From Fibrobacteria bacterium (GTDB lineage Bacteria > Fibrobacterota > Fibrobacteria > UBA11236 > JADFYW01), in contig JBNKOC010000028.1 in NCBI GenBank assembly GCA_050294405.1, positions 416,001 through 480,000 on the forward strand: a DNA stretch of 64,000 nucleotides. The letters are read 5' to 3'. This document shows positions 1 to 9,735 of the stretch, one piece after another (positions within the stretch are counted from its first letter, which is position 1; each line of letters begins with the position of its first letter). The position numbers and the translations under genes are program-made. The notes beneath the pieces were generated by a model. The model searched no databases, had not been told where the DNA came from, and was given only the letters and a program-made list of their open reading frames with translations.

Positions 1-119
1 ACCAGGTAGCGGTGAGAAAAAATCGGGTTGATTTCTTTAGAATATTTAAAAAGGGCTGCAAAATATTCCCTGTAATTAAAATAGCTAAAGATGTTTGGCT
101 TTTCAGGTTCAGCTTTCAT
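1..119 (-). CDS. TIGR02147-like (Fibrobacter paralogous family, putative HTH regulator), 5' part only; runs off the window
   Basis: Not in the ORF track. Manual translation from ATG at 119 gives MKAEPEKPNIFSYFNYREYFAALFKYSKEINPIFSHRYL, which matches the IFxYxxYRxY...NPxFSxRY start I recall for this family. Confidence 0.7.
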   Translation of the reverse strand, partial: MKAEPEKPNIFSYFNYREYFAALFKYSKEINPIFSHRYL

Positions 120-431
120 AGGACTAATATATCAGATTTTTTCGATTTGGAAATGGGGCTCCCTTATAGTTTCTTTTCACTGTATCCTGATATGGAGGAT
201 TAAAAAATATAATATATACATTATTCCCCTTAAAAATTGTTTGAACGTATCCTATAAAGATACAGAAATATTCAATAATAGAAAAGACCGGCATTCTAAG
301 TAATAGCCCATGGCTATATTGAGTAGAAATCCTGAGTGACTATATACCGGGAAAATAGGGAAACAAAAATCTTGGAACCATACCAGCCTGGAGGTTGGGC
401 AATTTGTGATATTTTGATTTTTGGAAAACTT

Positions 432-1427
432 ATGCTTAATAAAAATTTTGCATTATTTACTGCGGGATTGATGCTTTGCTTGATGCCCGTTATGGCCCAA
501 TCATTAACTGGAATTGAATCTGTGGAATTCGATTCCTCTCACAACCGCTATTTGATATCCAATGGGGATAATATTATCGCCCAATCCGCTTCCGATGGCA
601 CTTTAAGCGTATTTGGTAGCGGGACCGCTAAGTTTGGAATGGAAGTAATGGATGGTGTTTTGTACGCAATAACGGATGGGGGCGTAAAAGGCTATGATTT
701 GGAAACCGGGGAGGAAGTTGTAGATGTTCCCTTAACTGGCACTATGCTAAATGGAATGGCAAGCAATGGGGAAAATTTGTTGTGGATAACCGACACATTT
801 GGAACGAGCGTTACTCAAGTCAATGTGGAGGATAAACAAAACCCTACTGTTGAAAAAATTGTAGCCAGTACTCCTGCGCAACCTAATGGAATCTATTTCG
901 ATTCGCTTGTTAGCCGTTTGGTTTTTATCAATTGGGGAAATAATGTGGAAATCCAATCTGTTTTATTAACCGATCCCAATGCCATTAAAACGGAAATGTC
1001 AACTAGCTTGGGGAATTGCGATGGTATCACCCGCGATAGGGCGGGAAATTGGTATGTATCCTGTTGGGTTCCGGAATCTGGAGTTTATAAAATTGCTCCA
1101 GATTTTTCTGGAGTGGCGGTCCCAATTGAAGGCGATTTTGAAAACCCCGCGGACATGGATTACAATCCGCTGGATGATGTTGTTGTGGTTCCCAATACCG
1201 GTAATAATTCAATTTCCCTGATACAGCTGGAGAACCCAGTCTCCCTCCGTTTCCCAGCTAAGGGGGGAACAGAGAACATCTCTGTTCCCCCTGAATTTTT
1301 TACAGTCCCCCAAGCTATTTTCCCTGAATTATCTAAGGGAAATGTTATGTGGTATAACGTTTTGGGAAAACCCTTGTTTTACAGTAAGCCCGTTAAGAGT
1401 CCCCAATTGCATGTGGAATATAAGTAA
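432..1427 (+). CDS. Secreted beta-propeller protein (SMP-30/gluconolactonase/NHL-like) with a short CTD-like tail
   Basis: Signal peptide from in-frame ATG 432 (MLNKNFALF...VMAQ); propeller motifs LNGMA, QPNGI, CDGI, NPADM; tail WYNVLGK. Confidence 0.65.
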   Translation: MLNKNFALFTAGLMLCLMPVMAQSLTGIESVEFDSSHNRYLISNGDNIIAQSASDGTLSVFGSGTAKFGMEVMDGVLYAITDGGVKGYDLETGEEVVDVPLTGTMLNGMASNGENLLWITDTFGTSVTQVNVEDKQNPTVEKIVASTPAQPNGIYFDSLVSRLVFINWGNNVEIQSVLLTDPNAIKTEMSTSLGNCDGITRDRAGNWYVSCWVPESGVYKIAPDFSGVAVPIEGDFENPADMDYNPLDDVVVVPNTGNNSISLIQLENPVSLRFPAKGGTENISVPPEFFTVPQAIFPELSKGNVMWYNVLGKPLFYSKPVKSPQLHVEYK

Positions 1428-1433
1428 GGAACC

Positions 1434-3146
1434 ATGGTTTTTTCATCAAAAAAAACAAGAATGTTCTGCGGGAAAATCCTTCCATGTAGATACCTGTTTC
1501 TCGGATATTCCTTTTTGTTGCTTGCTGTTTCAGTAATGGCTCAAAACCGTCTTGGCCAGCATCCGGGTTACCAGCTTGTAAGCTATCCCCTGGATGACTT
1601 TAATATGGGCATAACCGGAATGGATTTTTTACCAGACGGCAGGATGGTCATTTCCACTTACCGGGGAGACACTGCCAAAAGCTACGAAAACATCATGTTT
1701 GGGAGGGAAACTTTTGGGCAGGTTTACCTCGTTGAAAATATTCAGGGAGATCCGAGTGAAGTGACTCACAGCCTTATTGCGGATGGCTTTATAGACGCCA
1801 TGGGCGTGGAAGTGGTGGAGGGGGATATATACATTGGGGATATTAATCGCATAATCAAACTGGTAGATAGTGACGGCGATGGCTTTTACGAAAACAAGGA
1901 AACGGTAGGAGAGTTGCCTGCCGGGGATGATGCATCGCTTACATACTCTTACGGTCCGGTTTATAAAGACGGGTATTTTTATATGTCACTGGGTTCCCCG
2001 GCAGCTTTTAACAGTAAGGACAGAGGGACTGTTGTGCGCATTCCCTTTGAGGGCGGTGATTATGAGGTTGTGGCCACTGGCCTTCGCTCGCCGGACGGTA
2101 TCGGATTGGGGCCGGAAGGAGAAATTTTTGTAACCGACAATCAGGGTAATTTTCGACCCGCTTCTATTTTAACCCATATACAACCAGGAAAATTCTACGG
2201 ATGGGGTTTTGGCAATAACCAACCTGAAACTGCTTCTCCTAGCCTGCATCTGCCCTATCAGGTACTCAACAATTCTCCCACAGAGCCTGCATATATGAGT
2301 AACGGCCGTTATGCGGGGCAGATACTCTACGGAGATTGGGGACGAAATACGTTATTTCGCGCCTTTGTTGAACAGGTTGGGGGAAACTACCAAGGAGCGG
2401 CTTTTCCCGTGACTGGAGGTTTTAGCGCCTTTGTACACCGTATAAAAATAGACGATGACGGAGTGATTTACCTTGGTGAAATTACCTTAGCCTCTGGCCC
2501 AAGGGGCCCCCAAAAATTAATACCCCGGCCAGAGGCGCAAGTTTTTGAAATGTTGGCGGTGCGCTCCCGATTGGGGGGTATGGAAATAGAATTTACCCAG
2601 CCTGTGGGTGATGCGGCAGAACAAGTGGAAATGTATGCTTTGGAACATTGGCATTATACACCTACTTCAGCCTATTATAATGATCCACAGGATGTTTTAT
2701 CCCTTGAAATTGCTTCCGTTCAAATTTCGGAAGATCGCTTACGGGTGTATCTGGAAGTTCCTGGGCTGAGCGAGGGCAAGGTTATTCATATTAGTTTGGG
2801 CGAAAATTATACATCGCAAACTGGAGAAAATTTGTGGTTTCAAGATACATATTATACTCTGAACGCAATTTCCAATACTCCGCCACAGTTGGCTTCCATA
2901 TCTCCTTCGGCCAGGGAAACCGCTTCTTATCTTAAGTTTGAGAGGAAAGGCAAAGGTTTGATGTTTCATTGGAAAGGAAATTTTGAAAATTTTTCCCTAT
3001 ACAACCTTCAGGGAGCATTGCGTTTTTCATCGGAGGTTTCGGATCAACAAACGTTATGGGTTCCTGCTTCGTTTTTAACTAAGGACGTTTTAATTGTGAA
3101 ATTAACAGCTGAAAACATTTATTCAATTCAAAAAATCATCTTATAA
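1434..3146 (+). CDS. Secreted glucose/sorbosone-dehydrogenase-like beta-propeller (PVC-type) with an Ig-like domain and CTD
   Basis: Motifs GMDFLPDGR, DSDGDG, ATGLRSPDGIG, TDNQG; signal peptide; C-terminal LYNLQG...KIIL. Confidence 0.65.
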   Translation: MVFSSKKTRMFCGKILPCRYLFLGYSFLLLAVSVMAQNRLGQHPGYQLVSYPLDDFNMGITGMDFLPDGRMVISTYRGDTAKSYENIMFGRETFGQVYLVENIQGDPSEVTHSLIADGFIDAMGVEVVEGDIYIGDINRIIKLVDSDGDGFYENKETVGELPAGDDASLTYSYGPVYKDGYFYMSLGSPAAFNSKDRGTVVRIPFEGGDYEVVATGLRSPDGIGLGPEGEIFVTDNQGNFRPASILTHIQPGKFYGWGFGNNQPETASPSLHLPYQVLNNSPTEPAYMSNGRYAGQILYGDWGRNTLFRAFVEQVGGNYQGAAFPVTGGFSAFVHRIKIDDDGVIYLGEITLASGPRGPQKLIPRPEAQVFEMLAVRSRLGGMEIEFTQPVGDAAEQVEMYALEHWHYTPTSAYYNDPQDVLSLEIASVQISEDRLRVYLEVPGLSEGKVIHISLGENYTSQTGENLWFQDTYYTLNAISNTPPQLASISPSARETASYLKFERKGKGLMFHWKGNFENFSLYNLQGALRFSSEVSDQQTLWVPASFLTKDVLIVKLTAENIYSIQKIIL

Positions 3147-3167
3147 ATATTAAAGGATTATGTTAGT

Positions 3168-4574
3168 GTGGATTCTTTAGGTATAACCAAAAAAACTTTA
3201 TTTATGTGGACAGCTGTTGCGTTTATCTGCATGTCCGTTTCTCTTTCCGCGCAAATTACATTTACAGATGTCTTCCCTGATCTTGATTTTGAGGAACCAA
3301 TTTATTTTGGACCCTTCCCTGGCAAAACTGAAACCTATGTGGTTTTGGAACAGCACGCAGGCAACGTATTGGTGGTTTCCAAACAGGGTGATATATGGAC
3401 AAAAAGCATTCTATATAATCTTGATGTTCATCAAAATGCGGAGATGGGATTGTTGGGTTTTGCCTTCCATCCAGATTTTTTGAACAATCGAAAATATTAT
3501 ATCAGTTATGATCCGCCTGAGGAGTTTTCAAATATAGTAGAAGAGCGCGCTGTGGATGAAACCCTGATTGCCGATTCTGGCGAAGAAGGGGTTTTGATCT
3601 TTAACATAGACGATCCTTACAGCAACCACAACGGGGGTACAATAGCCTTTGGTCCTGACGGCTATCTTTATTTTGGGACTGGGGACGGAGGTTTTAATTT
3701 TTCCAACTTAACGGATGATCCCGAGGCAAATGGCCAAAATACAAACAGCTTGCTGGCTAAAATGTTGCGGGTTGATGTTAATAGCCAGGAAAACGGAAAG
3801 AACTATGCCATTCCTCCTGATAATCCTTTCGCAGGGGGAGGGGGAGCCGGAGAAGTTTTTGCATATGGATTGAGAAATCCCTGGAAATGGAGTTTTGATC
3901 CGTTAAACGGAGATCTTTGGGTAGGGGATGTGGGCGCAAGCGCTACGGAAGAAGTTAACATAATAACCGCTGGAGGCAATTACGGTTGGGTTTCCATGGA
4001 GGGAACGGCAGGCACCAACACGGGCAACATGATTTTGCCCGTTTTTTCCTACGGAAGGGCTGATGGAAGGGCTGTTATAGGCGGAGTGGTGTATCGAGCT
4101 AATCCGGAATCGCCTTATTATGGAAGCTATTTTACTGCAGATTATTATACCCAGAATCTCTGGGGTTTGAAAAAAAATGGAACCGATGCGGCTACGGCTA
4201 CGGAACTGGGCACAGCCCCAACGGGCATTTCCAGTTTCGGCTATGATGAATTGGGTCGCATATATGCCGTAGGTCACGGAAATGGCATTATATATCGTTT
4301 GGACAGTCCTGATTTAGGCGGCCAATCCACAGGCATAGGATCCCTTGGAATCCCCAAAATTCAATCGTCAAAAACTTTTCATGTTTCTCGGGGTGGTATC
4401 CTCAACCCAGATTTATTCATAGCTGGAGACAAATGGGAGATGATAAGTTCCAATGGAACAAAAAGCAAAACTTTTAGCCTCCAAGCCCGACGAATACCTG
4501 TGGAAACAGACTGCGGATTGTATCTGTTACGCAATACTAGAACCGGGAGCAACAATATCTTATTGGTTTTTTAA
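3168..4574 (+). CDS. PQQ-dependent sugar (glucose/sorbosone) dehydrogenase family, secreted, with CTD
   Basis: Motifs GLLGFAFHP, NHNGG, FGPDGYLY, GDGG, YGLRNPW, GDVG, GGNYGW. Confidence 0.85.
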   Translation: MDSLGITKKTLFMWTAVAFICMSVSLSAQITFTDVFPDLDFEEPIYFGPFPGKTETYVVLEQHAGNVLVVSKQGDIWTKSILYNLDVHQNAEMGLLGFAFHPDFLNNRKYYISYDPPEEFSNIVEERAVDETLIADSGEEGVLIFNIDDPYSNHNGGTIAFGPDGYLYFGTGDGGFNFSNLTDDPEANGQNTNSLLAKMLRVDVNSQENGKNYAIPPDNPFAGGGGAGEVFAYGLRNPWKWSFDPLNGDLWVGDVGASATEEVNIITAGGNYGWVSMEGTAGTNTGNMILPVFSYGRADGRAVIGGVVYRANPESPYYGSYFTADYYTQNLWGLKKNGTDAATATELGTAPTGISSFGYDELGRIYAVGHGNGIIYRLDSPDLGGQSTGIGSLGIPKIQSSKTFHVSRGGILNPDLFIAGDKWEMISSNGTKSKTFSLQARRIPVETDCGLYLLRNTRTGSNNILLVF

Positions 4575-4626
4575 GGAAATATGCCGTTCAGGCTGACTAA
4601 ATCACCCCAAACTAGGGAGGGACAAA

Positions 4627-5808
4627 ATGAAAAACAATTACTCAACATGTATAAGGCGGACATCGTGTTCAGGTTTGGCCTTTGTTTCCACGGGAATGTT
4701 GTTTGTTAGTACTTCTTTAGCTCAAATGGACCCGGATGAAAATTTTGAGGCTCGTTGCAATGCGCCTGGTGTGACGCTGTGCGCGAGTTTTGATTCTCAA
4801 TCTTCCACCGACATGCCCGGCAGATCGGGACAGGCGCAGGTGGATACAGAAATCAAAGCTTCGGGAGAAGGATCCATGTATGTGGATGTTTGCGGCAATT
4901 GCCCTTCGGCTCCAGGCTACATAGCCACAAATATGGGGGCTGAATTCGGCGCCAACAGCAGTCTTTATATCCAATGGCGTCAGCGTTTTGATCAGAACAT
5001 GATAGATGTTGATTTAGGCGGGGAAGGCTTTAAACAAATGGTGCTGTACGATCAGTCCCCTGGAGGCAATATCGAGGTGGCTATGCTTAATCTTGGCTAC
5101 AATGGTTTTCCTCAGGCTTATACAGCCATGGGGGGAGCCTACATGAGAAAGCCCCAAAGATCATTGCAGGGAAGTACGCTTATGTGGAATGAAGAGGAAG
5201 ACATCTGTACAACAAGCGACATGGAAAACTGCCTGCATTATAAACCCGATGAATGGATGACTTTTTATTATGAACAGGAAATTGGAGATTGGGGGGAAGC
5301 CAACACCCGGATTAAAATCTCCATGAGCGGTGAAAATGAGCCCTTGCAAACTTTTATAACCTATGATGATTGGACTTTTGAGGACGACGGCCCCGACTCT
5401 TACCAGCGCACCATCTGGCTTGGCCCCTTTTCCCTGGGTCGCAGCGGGTCGGGCTTTGAAGATGCTCAAACCTGGATAGATGAATTGATAATCTCCACTG
5501 AGCCCATTGCCGATCCTTATCAGGAAAGTACGGATATACACAAGAGTCCCTTTGGGAAGGACAAAGGAAATATGGAAATTAAAGCTCATTTCTTTGAGAA
5601 AAATTCATTTATCATTTCTTTTGCGAACAAAAAGAAAAATGCAAATGTCTCCATATATGATATAAAGGGAAAAGAAGTGGAGAGGTTTGCAGGATTAAAA
5701 GACGATAAAGTGGAATGGAACGCTTCTAAAATGCAAAAGGGTATTTATCTGGTTCAAGTGGAGTCGGATGATCAGAACTTCAATCAAAAGCTAGTACTGA
5801 CTCATTAA
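4627..5808 (+). CDS. Secreted protein of unknown function with T9SS-type CTD; paralog of 5911..7053
   Basis: SD GGAGG; signal peptide; CTD SIYDIKGKEV...GIYLVQV...KLVL; shares motif blocks with the next gene. Confidence 0.75.
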   Translation: MKNNYSTCIRRTSCSGLAFVSTGMLFVSTSLAQMDPDENFEARCNAPGVTLCASFDSQSSTDMPGRSGQAQVDTEIKASGEGSMYVDVCGNCPSAPGYIATNMGAEFGANSSLYIQWRQRFDQNMIDVDLGGEGFKQMVLYDQSPGGNIEVAMLNLGYNGFPQAYTAMGGAYMRKPQRSLQGSTLMWNEEEDICTTSDMENCLHYKPDEWMTFYYEQEIGDWGEANTRIKISMSGENEPLQTFITYDDWTFEDDGPDSYQRTIWLGPFSLGRSGSGFEDAQTWIDELIISTEPIADPYQESTDIHKSPFGKDKGNMEIKAHFFEKNSFIISFANKKKNANVSIYDIKGKEVERFAGLKDDKVEWNASKMQKGIYLVQVESDDQNFNQKLVLTH

Positions 5809-5910
5809 CCAAGGAAATATCTCTTAAGGGCCCCGCGAGCTTGAAGGGACAATGGGACGCCCAATTTTTAGAACTGCCCTTATATAAACATACATCAAAA
5901 GGGGAGAATT

Positions 5911-7053
5911 ATGAAAATCAAAAAGATTTTGGAAAGCCTGATTTTGACAGGAGCCCTTGTTGGTCAAATATTCGGCCAGGCAAATCCAGATGCAAGTTTC
6001 GAAGAAAGGTGTAATGCTGATGGAGTCCTGCATTGCTTTGGTTTTGATACTCCCCAATTACATGGCCAGGTGTCAGGCACAGCCACCTTCACAGATGAAA
6101 TAAAAGTTTCCGGAGAAGGTTCCATGCATGTGCCCATGCCTCCCAGCGCTGGCATGGTTATTGGGAATGTGGTAGTGGACTTGGGGGCGACTTTCGGAGA
6201 GGGGAGTTCTTTATACATGCAATGGCGCCAGAGATTTTCGGAATCCTATACCACTGAAGACTTGGGAGGGGATGGAGTTAAACAAGTGGTCATTTACGAT
6301 GATCAACCCTGTTGCGAAGTGGAAGTGGCGATGCTCAATTGGGAATACCGTGGCTTCCCTCAGTTTTATACCAATGTGATGCAGAATTGGTTTTATAAAG
6401 ACCTGGGAGGCGGCGATGTAGCCTGGCAATACAATGAAGAGGAAATTATTTGCACAGAATCCGATCCAAGTACTTGCGATAAGTATCTGCCCGATGAATG
6501 GATGACTTTTTCTTACGAAATGCATATTGGTGATTGGGGCGAGCCCAATAGTGTTATCAAGGCGGCCTGGGCTCCTGAAGGAAAGCCTTTAAAGACCTAT
6601 GTTTATCTAGACGATTGGGAATTTAACCAGGACACTCCCGGACCAGATAATGCCTTTCGTACAGCCTGGATAGGGCCCTTTTCAGTAGATCGAACAGCCG
6701 GTGGCAATCCCGATGCGGAAACCTGGTACGATGAATTTATTATTTCTACTGAGCCCATTGCCGATCCCAATGAGTCCCCTGTCACCCATGTCCGCGCGAT
6801 GGATAGAGCAGAAGGAAAGCTGAACATTCAGCTAAGCTCATTAAATAATCTGGTAAATATTTCTTGGTTGGAAATTAGGGGATCGGTGGATGTATCCATT
6901 TATTCCTCTCAGGGTAAGCGCTTAACTCGCTTCACAGGCAATCAGCCAGGAAAAGTCGTTTGGGACGCTTCAGATCAGAGCAGTGGGGTGTACCTGGTTG
7001 AATTGAATTCAGGCTATCAAACTTATAGGAAAAAATTTTCTCTAATACGTTAG
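5911..7053 (+). CDS. Secreted protein of unknown function with T9SS-type CTD; paralog of 4627..5808
   Basis: SD GGAG; signal peptide; CTD SIYSSQGK...SGVYLVEL...KFSLIR. Confidence 0.75.
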   Translation: MKIKKILESLILTGALVGQIFGQANPDASFEERCNADGVLHCFGFDTPQLHGQVSGTATFTDEIKVSGEGSMHVPMPPSAGMVIGNVVVDLGATFGEGSSLYMQWRQRFSESYTTEDLGGDGVKQVVIYDDQPCCEVEVAMLNWEYRGFPQFYTNVMQNWFYKDLGGGDVAWQYNEEEIICTESDPSTCDKYLPDEWMTFSYEMHIGDWGEPNSVIKAAWAPEGKPLKTYVYLDDWEFNQDTPGPDNAFRTAWIGPFSVDRTAGGNPDAETWYDEFIISTEPIADPNESPVTHVRAMDRAEGKLNIQLSSLNNLVNISWLEIRGSVDVSIYSSQGKRLTRFTGNQPGKVVWDASDQSSGVYLVELNSGYQTYRKKFSLIR

Positions 7054-7132
7054 ATTTTTTTACTCTAACAACATAAAAATTTTCAGTTGGGAGATCTTAG
7101 TTAAAAGCAACTTCAAGCTTCCCGAGATTTGA

Positions 7133-8377
7133 ATTGCCCTGCTCCAAAATTGCCCTGTATTTTTACTGATATGTTTAGCGGAAACCAAGGCTCAGGAATG
7201 CGGCAGCGGGGAGTTTAAGGTTGAAGCAGTATTGGATGGAAATATTTGGAGAGTTAATAGTGGAGGGAGCACTGTTTGGACAGGGAATAACATACTGCAG
7301 GCCATGCGCGAAGCTCTTGGGAGCCTGACCCCAAACCGCAATTCAAAGGAGAGGGTGGTGGTCCGCGGGTCAGGCTCGATACCTGCCAATGAATCATTGG
7401 ATTTGCCAAGTGATACAACGCTTGATGTTTGCGGGACGATTAATGTTAGTGGCTCCCCAGGAGAAGATAATGCTGCCCTCAGGGGACGCAATGTTAGAAA
7501 CGTGGAAATTCAAAATGTTAATATTACCGGAACGCCCTATTTTGGGATTTTTTTTCGAAAAAGCCATGATATTATTTTGGGTAACATCGATTTGCGATTA
7601 TCAGGTGGACTTGGAATTCGCATAGACAACGATCCTTCAGGAAGCGGAAATTATGGCAATACAGACCGTTCTACAAACATTCGAATAAAACATGTTTATG
7701 TGTCTGGAACTAATAATCATGGGGTTGAGAATATCACTAATGTAAAAGAGGTGATAACCCGTGGCGGCGGCAGGGGAATTTTTTGCGTTTCGGAAAGTGG
7801 AGGGGTAATAATTGACAAACTTGATATTTTAAATGCGGGGCAAAATAATTCCATATTAGTGGAAAACTGCTACGATGTCGTACTGGCTGCCGAAAGCGGA
7901 AAAGTAGAAGGCTCCCTTGAGGTGCGCCTTGCGGGGCGTAGCGAATTTGACAACAACAGAAATATTACGGTGCAAAATTTAACCGTAGTTGATGCTCCGG
8001 TGAGGGAAAGGCCATGTGGAGAGAATGTTGTTTTTCGAAATAACAGGCTTAGCGGCGGAGCCAGTTATGATATTTGCACAGAGCCTGTGAGTGTTAATCA
8101 AGAAGATGTTACTATCCCTGGCCCTATATCTAATTATAAATTTTTTTTTAATGAGGGGTATTTTGAATTTAGTTTTCAATTTGAAAATGATGGCTATGCC
8201 GGGAGCCAACCAGCCCTTATTCAGCTGAAATCCCTTACTGGAAAAACCTATTTTGCGGAAAAAGCGCCCAATTTTGGCCTCTATAGTAAAAAAGTATCCC
8301 TAAAAGCAAGAGGCGTTTTTTTGTTGGTTGTGCAAGTCGGGAAGAAAAGCTTCACAAGATTTGTATTAGCCCAATAA
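7133..8377 (+). pseudogene. Parallel beta-helix (pectin-lyase-fold) secreted protein with CTD, probably degenerate
   Basis: The frame stays open upstream of TTG 7232 back to TGA 7130 and encodes a signal-peptide-like stretch with no ATG/GTG/TTG start. There is an apparent internal deletion at NHGVE|NITNV relative to homologues as I recall them. Confidence 0.5.
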
Positions 8378-8467
8378 TTGCCGCCAATATTTTTAAAATT
8401 TAGAGTTCAATCCGCACAATGCCCTATCTATTTGAGGTTTGGGGCTATTTATTGTTAACTTGAGGGT

Positions 8468-8911
8468 ATGAATTACCAAAAAATTATTTGCGACGCCATG
8501 GACGAAATGGCTGATGGCAAAGACGAAGCGGCAGAGGCCAAGTTAAATGAGTGCATGGCCGATATTAAAATCCACACGGCTGATGGAAGCGCCGACGAGA
8601 GCCACTATTACAACTGGGGCATGTGCTTGTATTTGTTGGAAGAGTACGAACAAAGCCTCTTAAAATTTGAAAAAGTTTTGGAGTTCGATCCGGCTCACGA
8701 AGATTCCCTTTGGCAAATCGTATCTATTTTGTTCTACAACTTGCAAAAGGCCGAAGCCGCTTTACACATTCTGGAAAAAAAGCTTTTGCCCAAATATCCC
8801 GACGAACCTTTGTATAACGAAGCTTTAACAGATATCCAAAGCTATTTGCGCCATGCTCCCAAAGAGGCCTCCGGCGAAAAACCCGATACAAATAAAAAGA
8901 GCGATGTATAA
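8468..8911 (+). CDS. Small TPR-repeat protein
   Basis: TPR pattern YYNWGMCLYLLEEYEQSLLKFEKVLEFDPAH. Confidence 0.75.
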   Translation: MNYQKIICDAMDEMADGKDEAAEAKLNECMADIKIHTADGSADESHYYNWGMCLYLLEEYEQSLLKFEKVLEFDPAHEDSLWQIVSILFYNLQKAEAALHILEKKLLPKYPDEPLYNEALTDIQSYLRHAPKEASGEKPDTNKKSDV

Positions 8912-8923
8912 CATCGCTCTTTT
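8895..8923. terminator. Bidirectional intrinsic terminator between the convergent TPR gene and rpsD
   Basis: Perfect inverted repeat AAAAGAGCGATGT-ata-ACATCGCTCTTTT with A/T tails on both sides. Confidence 0.75.
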
Positions 8924-8944
8924 CCTATAAAATCTGCTAATAAA

Positions 8945-9547
8945 TTAACGAGAGTAATATTCCACAACCAACTGTTCGTTTAATGTAATAGGAATTTGCG
9001 CTCTTTCAGGTTGAGCCACAAATTTACCATTCATTTGAACTTTGTTGATTTCGAAATATTCGGGGATTTCCACGCTGGCGGAATGCGTTAAGGCTTCTAC
9101 CATTTGAGGGTGGGCTTTTGATTTTTCCCGAACAGAAACGATAGCGCCTGGTTTTAAACGCTGGCTGGGAACTTTTGTTCTTGTACCGTTAATTTCAAAG
9201 TGTCCGTGACTAACATACTGGCGGGCAGCATAAATAGTTTTAGCAAAACCCATGCGATATACGGCAGCATCCACGCGGGATTCTAAAATTCTAAGCAATA
9301 CATCACCTGTATTTTGAGTGGAGCGTTGGGCCTCGTCAAAATAAGCGCGAAGTTGTTTTTCAGAAATATAATACGTGGCTTTTAATCTTTGTTTTTCCAC
9401 CAATTGGGTTTTATAAACTGATGCGCTTTTCTTTCTATTAAGGCCGTGCTGTCCCGGTGAAAAGGGACGCTTTTCCATAATTTTGGCAGCCTTTTTAGTG
9501 AGGGCTAACCCTAAGGATCTGGATATCCTAACTTTTGGCCTGGTCAT
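8945..9547 (-). CDS. rpsD: 30S ribosomal protein S4 (no zinc-ribbon Cys)
   Basis: Motifs PGQHG, QLVEKQRL, LESRVD, ARQYVSHGH, LVVEYYSR. Confidence 0.97.
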   Translation of the reverse strand: MTRPKVRISRSLGLALTKKAAKIMEKRPFSPGQHGLNRKKSASVYKTQLVEKQRLKATYYISEKQLRAYFDEAQRSTQNTGDVLLRILESRVDAAVYRMGFAKTIYAARQYVSHGHFEINGTRTKVPSQRLKPGAIVSVREKSKAHPQMVEALTHSASVEIPEYFEINKVQMNGKFVAQPERAQIPITLNEQLVVEYYSR

Positions 9548-9612
9548 TCAAATACCTTTATTTTTATTGTTTCAAAACTACTAAACCGTACCTCGGTTTA
9601 TTTAGGGGCGAA

Positions 9613-9641
9613 AAGCTAATTTAATAGCTCAACAATTTCAA
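9613..9641 (-). promoter_or_regulatory. Putative sigma70 promoter of rpsD
   Basis: TTGAAA-17 nt-TAGCTT followed by a GC-rich discriminator (TTCGCCCC) on the minus strand. Confidence 0.45.
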
Positions 9642-9735
9642 TCTCTCGCCCGGGGAGTTATTGTTGAATTTTTTTGCAGTCAAAAAGTAAAATAAAACCA
9701 TAATTATTTTTAAATTTGGGGGAAACTCAATTCCC

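Noticed and set aside
12..303. Two short plus-strand ORFs
   Set aside because: No recognisable motifs; they overlap the better-supported minus-strand gene and AT-rich intergenic DNA.
3870..3898. 29-nt exact repeat, also at 50480-50508
   Set aside because: It encodes the conserved, Trp-rich LRNPWKWSF motif of paralogous dehydrogenases, so it is not a mobile repeat or CRISPR.
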